Source of the DNA: a virus
Taxonomy: Duplodnaviria; Caudoviricetes
DNA length: 64,000 nt
IMG/VR virus record: IMGVR_UViG_3300038393_002374
Span: 7,874 to 71,873 of that record
Strand: one strand, 5' to 3'
Numbering within the stretch: the first letter of the stretch is position 1; every line of letters starts with the position of its first letter. A program made the translations under genes and the position numbers. Below are positions 8,199 through 16,564 of this stretch, piece after piece. The notes beneath the pieces are model-generated. The model had not been told where the DNA came from and made no database searches. It saw nothing but the letters and a program-made list of their open reading frames with translations.

Positions 8199-10493
8199 AT
8201 GCCAAGAGGCTCGGGCTCTGGTCGGGACGTGGCGTCCGGCGGCGCGCCAAGGCATCCCAGGTCGGTCTCCGAATATCTGGCGAGGGTCGGCGCGGAGGTG
8301 CTCAACTTCCGTCGCGCGATGATCAAGGTCCACAAGGGGGCCTACTACGTCGAGCGCGCGATCATCCGAATCCAGTCTGATGGCGTCGTTTCATGCTCCT
8401 TGAAGGAATATGAACCGACGCCAGAAGAGGCCGCAACGATGAAGCGGGACCTGGAAGGGGTGACATTCCCGCGTGCGATCCTGGCGCGCGACGCCGAGGG
8501 ACTGCGCGGGCAGGTCTCCGGCGACGTCTTTGAGTTCTGGGACGTGAAGCGCGAGGGGATCGTCATGTGCCAGGAGCGCAGGCGCATGAGGAACGGGGCG
8601 AAGCGCTACGTGCCGTGGACCATGATGGACGACGGCAAGTGGGTGATGATGGAGCCGGAGGGGGACCTGCCGTTTTGGAAGCCGTATGGTCCCGACTGGC
8701 TGCAGGCCAGTGGGGGCCATGGGAGCGCTGGCCGGAGGATCATGCTGCACGAGGGGGCCAAGGCGGCGGCGGCGGCCCAAGCCGTCGCCATGGGACTCTG
8801 GGAGCCGGACAAAGGGAGCGCTCTGCGAGCGCACCCTTGGGCGGATGAGCTGGCGGGGTATGAGCACTGGGGGATGATCGGTGGTGCGCTGGCTCCCCAT
8901 CGCACGGCCTATGAGGAGCTGATGTCGGTCTCGCCCCTGGAGGTCGTGTACGTCTGCGACAACGACTTCCCCGGCGAGGCGGCGCTGCAGATGGTGTCGA
9001 AGGCCTGGGGGCGGTCGCTGAAGGGCGTCGCGTTCGGGAAGTCGTTTCCGGGGTCCTGGGACATGGCCGATCCGCCGCCCGCCTCACTGGTGGTCGGGGG
9101 GCGCTGGATCGGGCCCCGGCTGGAGGACCTGAAGAAGCCGGCCACCTGGGCGACCGAGCTGGTCCCGCCGGCCGGGGGCGGCAAGGGTCGGCCGGCGGCG
9201 CGCATCCGGGCGGAATTCGCCGAGGAGTGGCTGCACTGCGTCACCCCGGAGGTGTTCATCCACAAGGACTGGCCCAACCGGGTGCTGTCGGCCGCGGAGT
9301 TCAACTCCCGCACGGCGCCCTTCTCCCACGTGGGCGGGACCTCCGAGCTGCTGAAGAAGGTGGAGGCGTCGAAGGCCGCGGTGCTGGCCTACACGCCGGG
9401 CCAGGAGCCGGGGGTGTACGGGGGATCGGCCCTGGGCCACTACATCAACACCTATTGCCCCTCCTCCATCGCGGCCGAAGCCGGGGACGTGGGGCCGTGG
9501 CTCGACTTCATGGAGGGTCTGATCCCCGGCGAGAAGGATCGCTACGAGGTGATGCGCTGGGTGGCCACCCTGGTGGCCCGGCCGGACATCCGGATGCTCT
9601 ACGGCCTCTTGCTGATCAGCGAGATGCAGGGGGTGGGGAAGGGCACGCTGGGCGAGCGCATCCTGACGCCCCTGGTCGGCGAGGTGAACGTCAGCTTTCC
9701 CAGTGAGCAGGAGATCGTCGACAGCAACTTCAACTACTGGCTGGCCCACAAACGGCTGGCCGTGGTCCACGAGATTTACTCCGGGCACTCGTCGAAGGCC
9801 TACAACAAGCTGAAGTCGGTGATCACCGACAAGTACATGACGGTGCAGAAGAAGTACCAGCCCAACTACGAGATCGAGAACTGGATACACATCATCGCCT
9901 GCTCCAACTCCATGCGGGCCATGAAGCTCTCCATGGACGACCGGCGGTGGCTGATCCCGCGGCTGTCGGAGAAGAAGCGCTCGGACGGCTACTGGGAGAG
10001 GCTAAACCGCTGGCTGGCCTACGAGGGGGGTCTGGGGATCATCCGCCGCTGGGCGGAGGAGTTCGTGGCCGCCGAGGGGCCCGTGCAGCGCGGCGAACCG
10101 GCGCCGTGGTCGGAGTCGAAGCGGATCATTGTCGAGGAGAGCTACTCGCCGGGGCAGGCCTTCGCCGCCGGGCTCCTGGATCGGTTGCGGGACGACGTGG
10201 CAAGCGGTCGCCTTCCAGGCGACAGCTTTGTCTTCGATGCCGACATCGTGGCCGCCATCCGGCAGGAGATTTACGGCGGCCACTACAACGACCGCCTGGA
10301 GAAGCCGATCACCATTCGGGCGCTGGCCAAGGGCTCCGGGTGGTGCGTCGGCGACGCCCAGAACATGGTCTCCAAGTGGCCGCCCAAGGCCCGCGTGCTG
10401 TCGCTGGACGCCGAGACCGCGGCGACCTCGCCGAGCGAGCTGGCGGTGAAGGGCAGGGTTCCAGTGATGGTCGAGAAGAAGGTGACGATGTGA
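8199..10493 (+). CDS. Primase-helicase (TOPRIM-like plus DUF5906/NrS-1-type SF3 helicase)
   Basis: HEGAKAA and 'CDNDFPG' TOPRIM motifs; Walker A QGVGKGT; 'VVHE', 'KLKSVIT', 'CSN', 'DDRRW'. Confidence 0.85.
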   Translation: MPRGSGSGRDVASGGAPRHPRSVSEYLARVGAEVLNFRRAMIKVHKGAYYVERAIIRIQSDGVVSCSLKEYEPTPEEAATMKRDLEGVTFPRAILARDAEGLRGQVSGDVFEFWDVKREGIVMCQERRRMRNGAKRYVPWTMMDDGKWVMMEPEGDLPFWKPYGPDWLQASGGHGSAGRRIMLHEGAKAAAAAQAVAMGLWEPDKGSALRAHPWADELAGYEHWGMIGGALAPHRTAYEELMSVSPLEVVYVCDNDFPGEAALQMVSKAWGRSLKGVAFGKSFPGSWDMADPPPASLVVGGRWIGPRLEDLKKPATWATELVPPAGGGKGRPAARIRAEFAEEWLHCVTPEVFIHKDWPNRVLSAAEFNSRTAPFSHVGGTSELLKKVEASKAAVLAYTPGQEPGVYGGSALGHYINTYCPSSIAAEAGDVGPWLDFMEGLIPGEKDRYEVMRWVATLVARPDIRMLYGLLLISEMQGVGKGTLGERILTPLVGEVNVSFPSEQEIVDSNFNYWLAHKRLAVVHEIYSGHSSKAYNKLKSVITDKYMTVQKKYQPNYEIENWIHIIACSNSMRAMKLSMDDRRWLIPRLSEKKRSDGYWERLNRWLAYEGGLGIIRRWAEEFVAAEGPVQRGEPAPWSESKRIIVEESYSPGQAFAAGLLDRLRDDVASGRLPGDSFVFDADIVAAIRQEIYGGHYNDRLEKPITIRALAKGSGWCVGDAQNMVSKWPPKARVLSLDAETAATSPSELAVKGRVPVMVEKKVTM

Positions 10494-11177
10494 TGGTGAT
10501 GCAGGGCGCGGCGTCCCGGCGCCCTGGCTCTCACTCACGTGGTGGCTGCGGCTTGGGCCGCAGCGGCGTTGCGGAGGTAACGGAGCTTGGCCGTGGGGTC
10601 AAGGGTCAGGGTGTCGCAGACTGGTCAGCCACTCGCTTCCCATCCCGGTTGGCTACGGGCCAGAGCCTTGTCCGCTGCGTCTGCGACACCCGTCCGTTCC
10701 TCCCCAGGCACGGAGACCGCCGGCCCCTGAGGGCCGGTTCACGGGGAGAGGATGGCGCGGGTGGGGTCTGGGGTCAAGATGGGGAGGGCGACCGCGGCGT
10801 ATGCGTGGTCTGCAACCCTCCCCGAAGCCGTATGCATACGGGCTTCCTTGGTGTCGCGCACCCCTGCGGTCCGAGGGCCCAGGCGGAATGGCGACGAGGG
10901 GAGAGTGAGGGGGATCGGGCCTGGGGTCAAGGATCATGTCCGACCGACCACCACTTCGTCGAAGGGATCGTGGTACAGAGCCGTCGCAACGTACTCCCCG
11001 ATCCTTCCGGCCCGCGGACTAGCGGGACTGAACTCAGCGGCGGGTGGGCAAAGGTCGTCTCTCATGGCCTCGGGATGGAGGCTCGCCCACGTTGCCCCAG
11101 CCACCACCAGCTTGTCCTTCGCTGTCTGCGCCGGGTATGCTTTCTTTCTTATTCGTTCGGGGGGGCTGGGGTCAACG

Positions 11178-11211
11178 AAAACCCCGCCAGTCCGGTGAAG
11201 GACTGGCGGGG
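11178..11211 (-). terminator. Rho-independent terminator (leftward)
   Basis: 12-bp stem CCCCGCCAGTCC/GGACTGGCGGGG followed by TTTT on minus strand. Confidence 0.6.
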
Positions 11212-11286
11212 CTCGGAAGGAGAAGGTCCGCGGGCTTGATGGGCCGGGCCCGCGGGCTTCAGCGCGGGAAGGATGGAGGAGATCGG

Positions 11287-11787
11287 ATGGAAACGCAAGG
11301 GCCCGTGTGGCGCAACGGCAGGCCGATGGCGCGGCGAACGGGGGAATTGACCCGGAAACTGGCGTCCATCGAGGTCGGGGAGACCCGGCTGGTGGTGGGC
11401 TCTAAGGACCACGTGCGCGCCCTCGTCAGGGGCGAACGCGGCTGGATGCGGGTGGAGCATCCGGAACGGCGCTTCGAGCTGGGATACCTGGACCCCTTCC
11501 GGACGCTGGTGACCCGACTGGAGGACCTGCGGCCGGAGGACTGGCCGGCGATCTGGACTCAGGCCAGGGCCGCGGAGAGCGCCGCGATGTCGATGTACCG
11601 GGATGAGCGCACGCTGGTTCCCGGATGGCATGGATTCGCCCGATGGGCGGTGTCGGAGGGTCACGGGCGGCTGATCAGGGGAGGCCGGTGGTGGGTCTGG
11701 GGGCACGCCAGAGGGCTCAAGGCGCAACGGGCGTTCATGATATGCCTGAGAAACGCGGGCGTCCCTGCAAGGCTGCAGGCGAACTAG
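11287..11787 (+). CDS. Hypothetical protein
   Basis: GGAGGAG RBS before METQG. Confidence 0.55.
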   Translation: METQGPVWRNGRPMARRTGELTRKLASIEVGETRLVVGSKDHVRALVRGERGWMRVEHPERRFELGYLDPFRTLVTRLEDLRPEDWPAIWTQARAAESAAMSMYRDERTLVPGWHGFARWAVSEGHGRLIRGGRWWVWGHARGLKAQRAFMICLRNAGVPARLQAN

Positions 11788-11856
11788 TCTTAGACTGATT
11801 GAAAACCAACCTGTGATTGTTGAATAATCTCACAAATCGATCACAAAAACCACCAG

Positions 11857-12038
11857 GGGTTTAATCCCAGAACCCACTTTCCACTTCCATAAACATCTCT
11901 TTTCTATCTTGCGTAAGGGATAATTAGAAAAAGAAATAAAGAAAAGAAGAGAAGGGGAAGAGAGAAGATAAAGTGGGGGGAGTAGTACGATTTGAGATGT
12001 TTATGGAAGTCGGAGGAGGGTTCTCGGGATTTAATCCC
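11857..12038. repeat. Long inverted repeat with perfect 17-bp core around an AT/purine-rich spacer (origin-like)
   Basis: ACTTCCATAAACATCTC 11883-11899 / reverse complement 11994-12010; outer imperfect arms. Confidence 0.75.
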
Positions 12039-12092
12039 GGATGCGACATCCGGGCGCTTGCCAAGGCGCAGCTTTGCCGTGATCTTTCGGGC

Positions 12093-12713
12093 ATGGCGTG
12101 GCGGGCGATCTATGCGGAACCGAGGCGTGAGTTCGCGGCTCTCGCCGAACTGAGGCGATTGAGGGTGGGGTGCTTCTGCCCCTACGAACTGGTCACCGAG
12201 CGCAAGCGCTGGCGGGGTGGCTGGCGGATGGTGAGTGAACCGCGACCCTACTTCCGAGGCTACCTGTTCGCCGACCTGGACCGGATGGTCTACACCGACC
12301 CCTGCAATGGCTCGCCGAGACACGTCGAGAAACTGCCGGGTGTGCTGGGAGTCGTTGGCAACGGGCGCGGGGAGCCGCTGGAGGTCCCGAAGCGCGACAT
12401 CGATCTGCTCCTGGACGTCGCCGACGAGAACGGAATGATCTCGGCCATCGACGCCACCCGGTTGAGCTATCGTTTCCGGGGCCGGGTGGGAGACGTGTTC
12501 GAGGTCATCGGGTGCGGCCTTGAGGGGGCCTGCGGCAAAATAGTCTCCCTGGATCGGCTTGACAGTAGGGGACAGGTTCGTGCAATCGTGAAGTTCTTCG
12601 GGGCGGAACGTGAGATCGACGTCCCTTATCAGAATGTGAGTAACATAAGGGCCGCAGTGGGCGGCGGATCGAATAGGGCCGGACGGTGCGACAAGCCGGT
12701 GGTTTTCCGGTAA
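12093..12713 (+). CDS. NusG/RfaH-family late antiterminator
   Basis: NGN domain 'WRAIYAEPRRE..CFCPY...PYFRGYLFA', KOW-like 'VGDVFEVIG.GLEG..G.I'; immediately upstream of late genes. Confidence 0.8.
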   Translation: MAWRAIYAEPRREFAALAELRRLRVGCFCPYELVTERKRWRGGWRMVSEPRPYFRGYLFADLDRMVYTDPCNGSPRHVEKLPGVLGVVGNGRGEPLEVPKRDIDLLLDVADENGMISAIDATRLSYRFRGRVGDVFEVIGCGLEGACGKIVSLDRLDSRGQVRAIVKFFGAEREIDVPYQNVSNIRAAVGGGSNRAGRCDKPVVFR

Positions 12714-12829
12714 TTGTCCTCCTACCCGGTAACCGAGTAGATCACACCAGCGCCGAAGCTGGTGGGCGTCGGGGCGCTACCTCGTAGAGTGCGAAGCGTT
12801 GTCTAAGGTCGTCGCAGGGAGCGAGATAC

Positions 12830-13285
12830 TTGGAGTGGTGTAAGGATTGCCCAAGGCACGAAGTTCTTGGCGGTTTGATCGATGCTCTTCGTAGAGACCT
12901 CAAGAAGCGTGATCTACGAATAGAGCATCTGAATTCGCAAATTGCTGCTATGAAGCAAGGCCGCCTCATGAATGAGGCCGTCGATTATCCAGATAAAATT
13001 TATGTAATCGGCGCGATCAATCATGATTTCGTTAAGATCGGCATCTCAGCGGATGTCGAGAAGCGTCTAAAGAGTCTCAAAAACCCTACCTCACATCCTG
13101 ACGCAGATATTCAAAACTTAAGAATTTTCTTTCAAGAAACGATTGGTTTCGAGGCGCGAAAATTTGAGCGTTTCGCTCATCGTCAACTTCGTCAATTTCG
13201 AGCTAAAGGTGAGTGGTTCCGATTAGCCCCGGAAGAATCGGTCCAGGCTATCAAAAGCCTGTTGCGAGAATGGAAGTCGGTTTGA
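12830..13285 (+). CDS. GIY-YIG nuclease (T5orf172/Mug113-like)
   Basis: 'IYVI...VKIGIS..VEKRL...E..AH......GEWF'; lower GC; start uncertain. Confidence 0.75.
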   Translation: MEWCKDCPRHEVLGGLIDALRRDLKKRDLRIEHLNSQIAAMKQGRLMNEAVDYPDKIYVIGAINHDFVKIGISADVEKRLKSLKNPTSHPDADIQNLRIFFQETIGFEARKFERFAHRQLRQFRAKGEWFRLAPEESVQAIKSLLREWKSV

Positions 13286-13509
13286 TGGCTCTTGACCCGA
13301 TCACCGCCGACATGCTGGGGCCCGAGCTGGCCGAGGCGATCAACGCCGCGCACGCCAAGACCAAGGATGACACCATCACGGCTCGGATCGAACAGCATCC
13401 GGACACCAAGCTGCCGGGGGCGCACGTCGTTGCGCGCGGTGGCAACGACCTGCAGCACGGCATGAACGCCGAACACGCGATCAAGTTCCTGAAGGGATTG
13501 AAGAAGTGA
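13285..13509 (+). CDS. Hypothetical protein
   Basis: TGATG coupling. Confidence 0.55.
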   Translation: MALDPITADMLGPELAEAINAAHAKTKDDTITARIEQHPDTKLPGAHVVARGGNDLQHGMNAEHAIKFLKGLKK

Positions 13510-14057
13510 ACGCGCTGGTCCCTCTCCGGATCGGTACGGGGCTGCCTGGACCTGGACGGCCTTCGATTTATGATCCCGCCATCGCCGACGAGATCATCGA
13601 GCGACTGAGCAACGGCGAGTTCATGCGTCGCATCTGCCAGATCGATGGAATGCCCTCGGTCACGACCGTGAATAGTTGGGAGCTGAAGCGCCCAGAGTTT
13701 GCCGAAAGGGTCGCACGCGCCCGCGAACTCGGCGCTAGATGCTGGATCGAACAGGCGGTTGAGATCACCTTGAACCCCGAGGAGGGGCGAAAGATCGTCC
13801 ACAAGTCGGACGGTGGCGTGGAGCTGACGCGCGAGGACGCGGTGGCAGCGCGCAAGCTGGCTGCCTGGGGGTTGATGGAGGGGGCGAAGAAGATCGCGCC
13901 CAAGGTCTACGGCGACAAGGTCGCATTGACCGGCGGCTCCAAGGATGACACGCCTGCCATGGTCAAGGTGGAGCATGAGCACACCCATCGGATCGTGAAG
14001 CTTGAACGCGCCGTCGTCACCCGCATCCTTCCGACCGAGAGCGATTCCACCGCCTGA
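13506..14057 (+). CDS. terS: Terminase small subunit
   Basis: 'GRPSIYDPAIADEIIERLSNGE..R.IC..DGMPS..TV..W', 'APKVYGDK'. Confidence 0.85.
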   Translation: MNALVPLRIGTGLPGPGRPSIYDPAIADEIIERLSNGEFMRRICQIDGMPSVTTVNSWELKRPEFAERVARARELGARCWIEQAVEITLNPEEGRKIVHKSDGGVELTREDAVAARKLAAWGLMEGAKKIAPKVYGDKVALTGGSKDDTPAMVKVEHEHTHRIVKLERAVVTRILPTESDSTA

Positions 14058-16386
14058 GTGGCCCGACGTCGGTTTGGGACTCGATGGCGTATTCAGGCTC
14101 CAGACGCCTGAGGTCTTCCTGCCGCTCCTTGAGAAGGGGCCGAAGTACAAGGGAGCCAGGGGCGGCCGGGGCTCCGGCAAGAGCCACTTCTTCGGCGAGA
14201 GCCTGATCGAGGAGGCGCTGGACGATCCGTACCTGCGGGCCGTCTGCATCCGCGAAGTCCAGCGCACCCTGGCCCAGTCGTCCAAGCGCCTGATCGAGGA
14301 CAAGATCAGGAAGCTGAAGGTCGGTCACCGCTTCGACATCACCGACAAGGTGATCCACATCCTCGACGATGGCGGTGAGCGCTGCGGCGTCATCATCTTC
14401 GAGGGGATGCAGAACCACACCGCGGACTCGATCAAGTCCCTGGAGGGCTTCCGCATCTGTTGGGTGGAGGAGGCCCAATCGCTCAGCCAGCGCTCGCTGG
14501 ACCTGCTCTACCCGACGATCCGCGAGAAGGGCGGCGAAATCTGGTTCTCGTGGAACCCCAAGAAGGCCACGGACCCGGTCGAGAAGTTCATGACCGGCGA
14601 GGACGCGGCGTCCGATCCGGCCATTGTCGTGGTCGAGGCCAACTACCACGACAACCCGTGGTTCTGGGCCACCGAGCTGGTCGACGACATGGAGCGTGAC
14701 CGCAGGCGCGATCCCGACAAGTACGCGCACATCTGGCTCGGCGCCTATCTGAAGCGCTCCGAGGCCACGGTGTTCAAGAACTGGCGCATCGCGGTCTTCG
14801 AGACCCCGGACGTGGTCGAGCGCTTCTTGTTCGGCGCCGACTGGGGTTTCAGTGTGGACCCCTCGGTCCTGGTGCGGGGCTTCCTGGGGCGGTTGATCGA
14901 GCGCGGCAAGGACGCCCACGGCAACGACGTGGTCACCGCGATTCCCGACCAGCGCGGCAACACCCTCTTCATCGACGCCGAGGCCTACAAGGTCGGCTGC
15001 GAGATCGATTACCTGCCGGCCCTGTTCGCCGGCAATGCGCCGCCCAAGCACGGGCGCGAATGGGAGAACCCCTACGGCTGGCGCGGGATACCGGGCGCTC
15101 TGAGGTGGCCGATCACGGCCGACAGCGCTCGGCCCGAGACCATCAGCTACATGAAGCGCGCCGGCTTCAACATCCGGCCGGCTCTAAAGGGTCCGGGTAG
15201 CCTTGAGGACGGCATCGAGTTCCTGCGGAACTACGACATCGTCGTGCTTCCGACCTGCGTCCATGTCATCGACGAGCTGAGCCTTTACTCTTACAAGGTC
15301 GACAAGATCACCGACGAGGTCTTGCCGGAGCTGGCGGACAAGGAGAACCACTGCCTCGTGGCGGGCACGAGGGTCCGGACGCAACGAGGCGAAGTCGCCA
15401 TTGAGGATGTCATGGCCGGTGACTTGGTGGAAGGCAGCCTGGGCTATCGACGCGTACTGTTCAGCGGCGTCACGGGAACACGGCGAACCACTCTAACGAT
15501 TGAGACGACCTTGGGCTCTTTCGTCTGTACACCGGATCATGAGGTTTATACCCAGAGAGGATTCGTCCGGGCTGATTGTCTCCGATACACGGATGAGGTG
15601 TTCGGGGGTGACAGATGGTCGAGACCACGAAATTCCTGGGACGGACTTACCGGCGCTATCCGGAGAGTGATCGCCAGTCGGATCGCCTCTATTTCCGCTG
15701 CACGATCCGCGGGGAACCGCATCTCCTGCATCGGGACGTCTGGGTCCATCATCACGGGCCCATTCCAGATGGATGGGAAGTCCATCACAAGGACGAGAAC
15801 CCCGGTCGCAATGAGATCGAGAATCTGGAGTGCCTGCCTCCCGAGGAGCACAAGCGACGCCACCCTTACACTGAGGAACGGCGTGCTCGGCAGGTCGAGC
15901 ATCTGGACCGGATACGGCATCTCACCAAGGCGTGGCACGCGAGTCCTGAGGGGCATGAGGCGCATCGCCGAATTGGTGGCATGGCCTACGTCAACTTTGT
16001 TCCTGAACCCAAGCCTTGTGACCAGTGCGGGAGGACCTTCCTTCCAAAGAGAATCGGGAACAAGGACAGGTTCTGTTCGAATGCCTGCAAGTCAGCGTTT
16101 CGGCGTGACCGGGGGCTCGATGACGTCGAACGGAAGTGCGCTCAGTGCGGAACGCCGTTCGTCATCAATCGATACTGCAAGACGGCAACTTGTTCGCGGA
16201 CGTGTTCTCAGCGTTTCGCCTGGGCCAATGGCCGACGAGGTCTATGACCTGACGGTCGAAGACACGCATGACTTCTTCGCGAACGGGGTGCTGGTGTCCA
16301 ATTGCATAGACGCCCTCCGCTATGCCGTGGAGGGCCTGCGGCGCGGCGGCCTGCGGATCAGCGACGCGGTCCTGGCGAAGGTCTGA
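14002..16386 (+). CDS. terL: Terminase large subunit (PBSX type) containing an intein
   Basis: GGRGSGKS Walker A, WVEEA Walker B, 'GADWGF', C-terminal 'DKENH|CIDALRYA'; TTG start uncertain. Confidence 0.92.
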   Translation: MNAPSSPASFRPRAIPPPEWPDVGLGLDGVFRLQTPEVFLPLLEKGPKYKGARGGRGSGKSHFFGESLIEEALDDPYLRAVCIREVQRTLAQSSKRLIEDKIRKLKVGHRFDITDKVIHILDDGGERCGVIIFEGMQNHTADSIKSLEGFRICWVEEAQSLSQRSLDLLYPTIREKGGEIWFSWNPKKATDPVEKFMTGEDAASDPAIVVVEANYHDNPWFWATELVDDMERDRRRDPDKYAHIWLGAYLKRSEATVFKNWRIAVFETPDVVERFLFGADWGFSVDPSVLVRGFLGRLIERGKDAHGNDVVTAIPDQRGNTLFIDAEAYKVGCEIDYLPALFAGNAPPKHGREWENPYGWRGIPGALRWPITADSARPETISYMKRAGFNIRPALKGPGSLEDGIEFLRNYDIVVLPTCVHVIDELSLYSYKVDKITDEVLPELADKENHCLVAGTRVRTQRGEVAIEDVMAGDLVEGSLGYRRVLFSGVTGTRRTTLTIETTLGSFVCTPDHEVYTQRGFVRADCLRYTDEVFGGDRWSRPRNSWDGLTGAIRRVIASRIASISAARSAGNRISCIGTSGSIITGPFQMDGKSITRTRTPVAMRSRIWSACLPRSTSDATLTLRNGVLGRSSIWTGYGISPRRGTRVLRGMRRIAELVAWPTSTLFLNPSLVTSAGGPSFQRESGTRTGSVRMPASQRFGVTGGSMTSNGSALSAERRSSSIDTARRQLVRGRVLSVSPGPMADEVYDLTVEDTHDFFANGVLVSNCIDALRYAVEGLRRGGLRISDAVLAKV
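15352..16302 (+). mobile_element. Intein (317 aa) in the TerL nuclease motif
   Basis: Block A CLVAGTRV, block B CTPDHEV, block F VYDLTV, block G GVLVSN|C. Confidence 0.92.
15615..16247 (+). CDS. HNH homing endonuclease with C-terminal Cys4 zinc motifs, nested out of frame in the intein
   Basis: 'LHRDVW...GPIPDGWEVHHKDENPGRNEIENLECL...H'; CDQC..FCSNAC, CAQC..CSRTC; own GGGGGTG RBS and ATG. Confidence 0.85.
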   Translation: MVETTKFLGRTYRRYPESDRQSDRLYFRCTIRGEPHLLHRDVWVHHHGPIPDGWEVHHKDENPGRNEIENLECLPPEEHKRRHPYTEERRARQVEHLDRIRHLTKAWHASPEGHEAHRRIGGMAYVNFVPEPKPCDQCGRTFLPKRIGNKDRFCSNACKSAFRRDRGLDDVERKCAQCGTPFVINRYCKTATCSRTCSQRFAWANGRRGL

Positions 16387-16399
16387 GGGAGAGCCAACC

Positions 16400-16564
16400 A
16401 TGCCGAGCAAGTCTCCCGAGCAGCGGCGCCTGATGGCCGCCGCCGCGCATGATCCGAAGTTCGCGGCCAAGGTCGGCGTCCCGCAGAAGGTGGCGAGGGA
16501 GTTCAACCGCGCCGACCAGCACGAGGGCCAGGATCGGAGCTTCCAGAGGATCAAGGCCCTCTGA
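16400..16564 (+). CDS. Small head-associated protein
   Basis: 'MPSKSPEQRRLMAAAAH..G.PQKVAREF' phage motif; GAGGGAG RBS; TGATG coupling to portal. Confidence 0.65.
   Translation: MPSKSPEQRRLMAAAAHDPKFAAKVGVPQKVAREFNRADQHEGQDRSFQRIKAL

Noticed and set aside
9947-11239. 430-aa plus-strand ORF overlapping the primase-helicase
   Set aside because: Arg/Gly-rich, no motifs; explained by high GC
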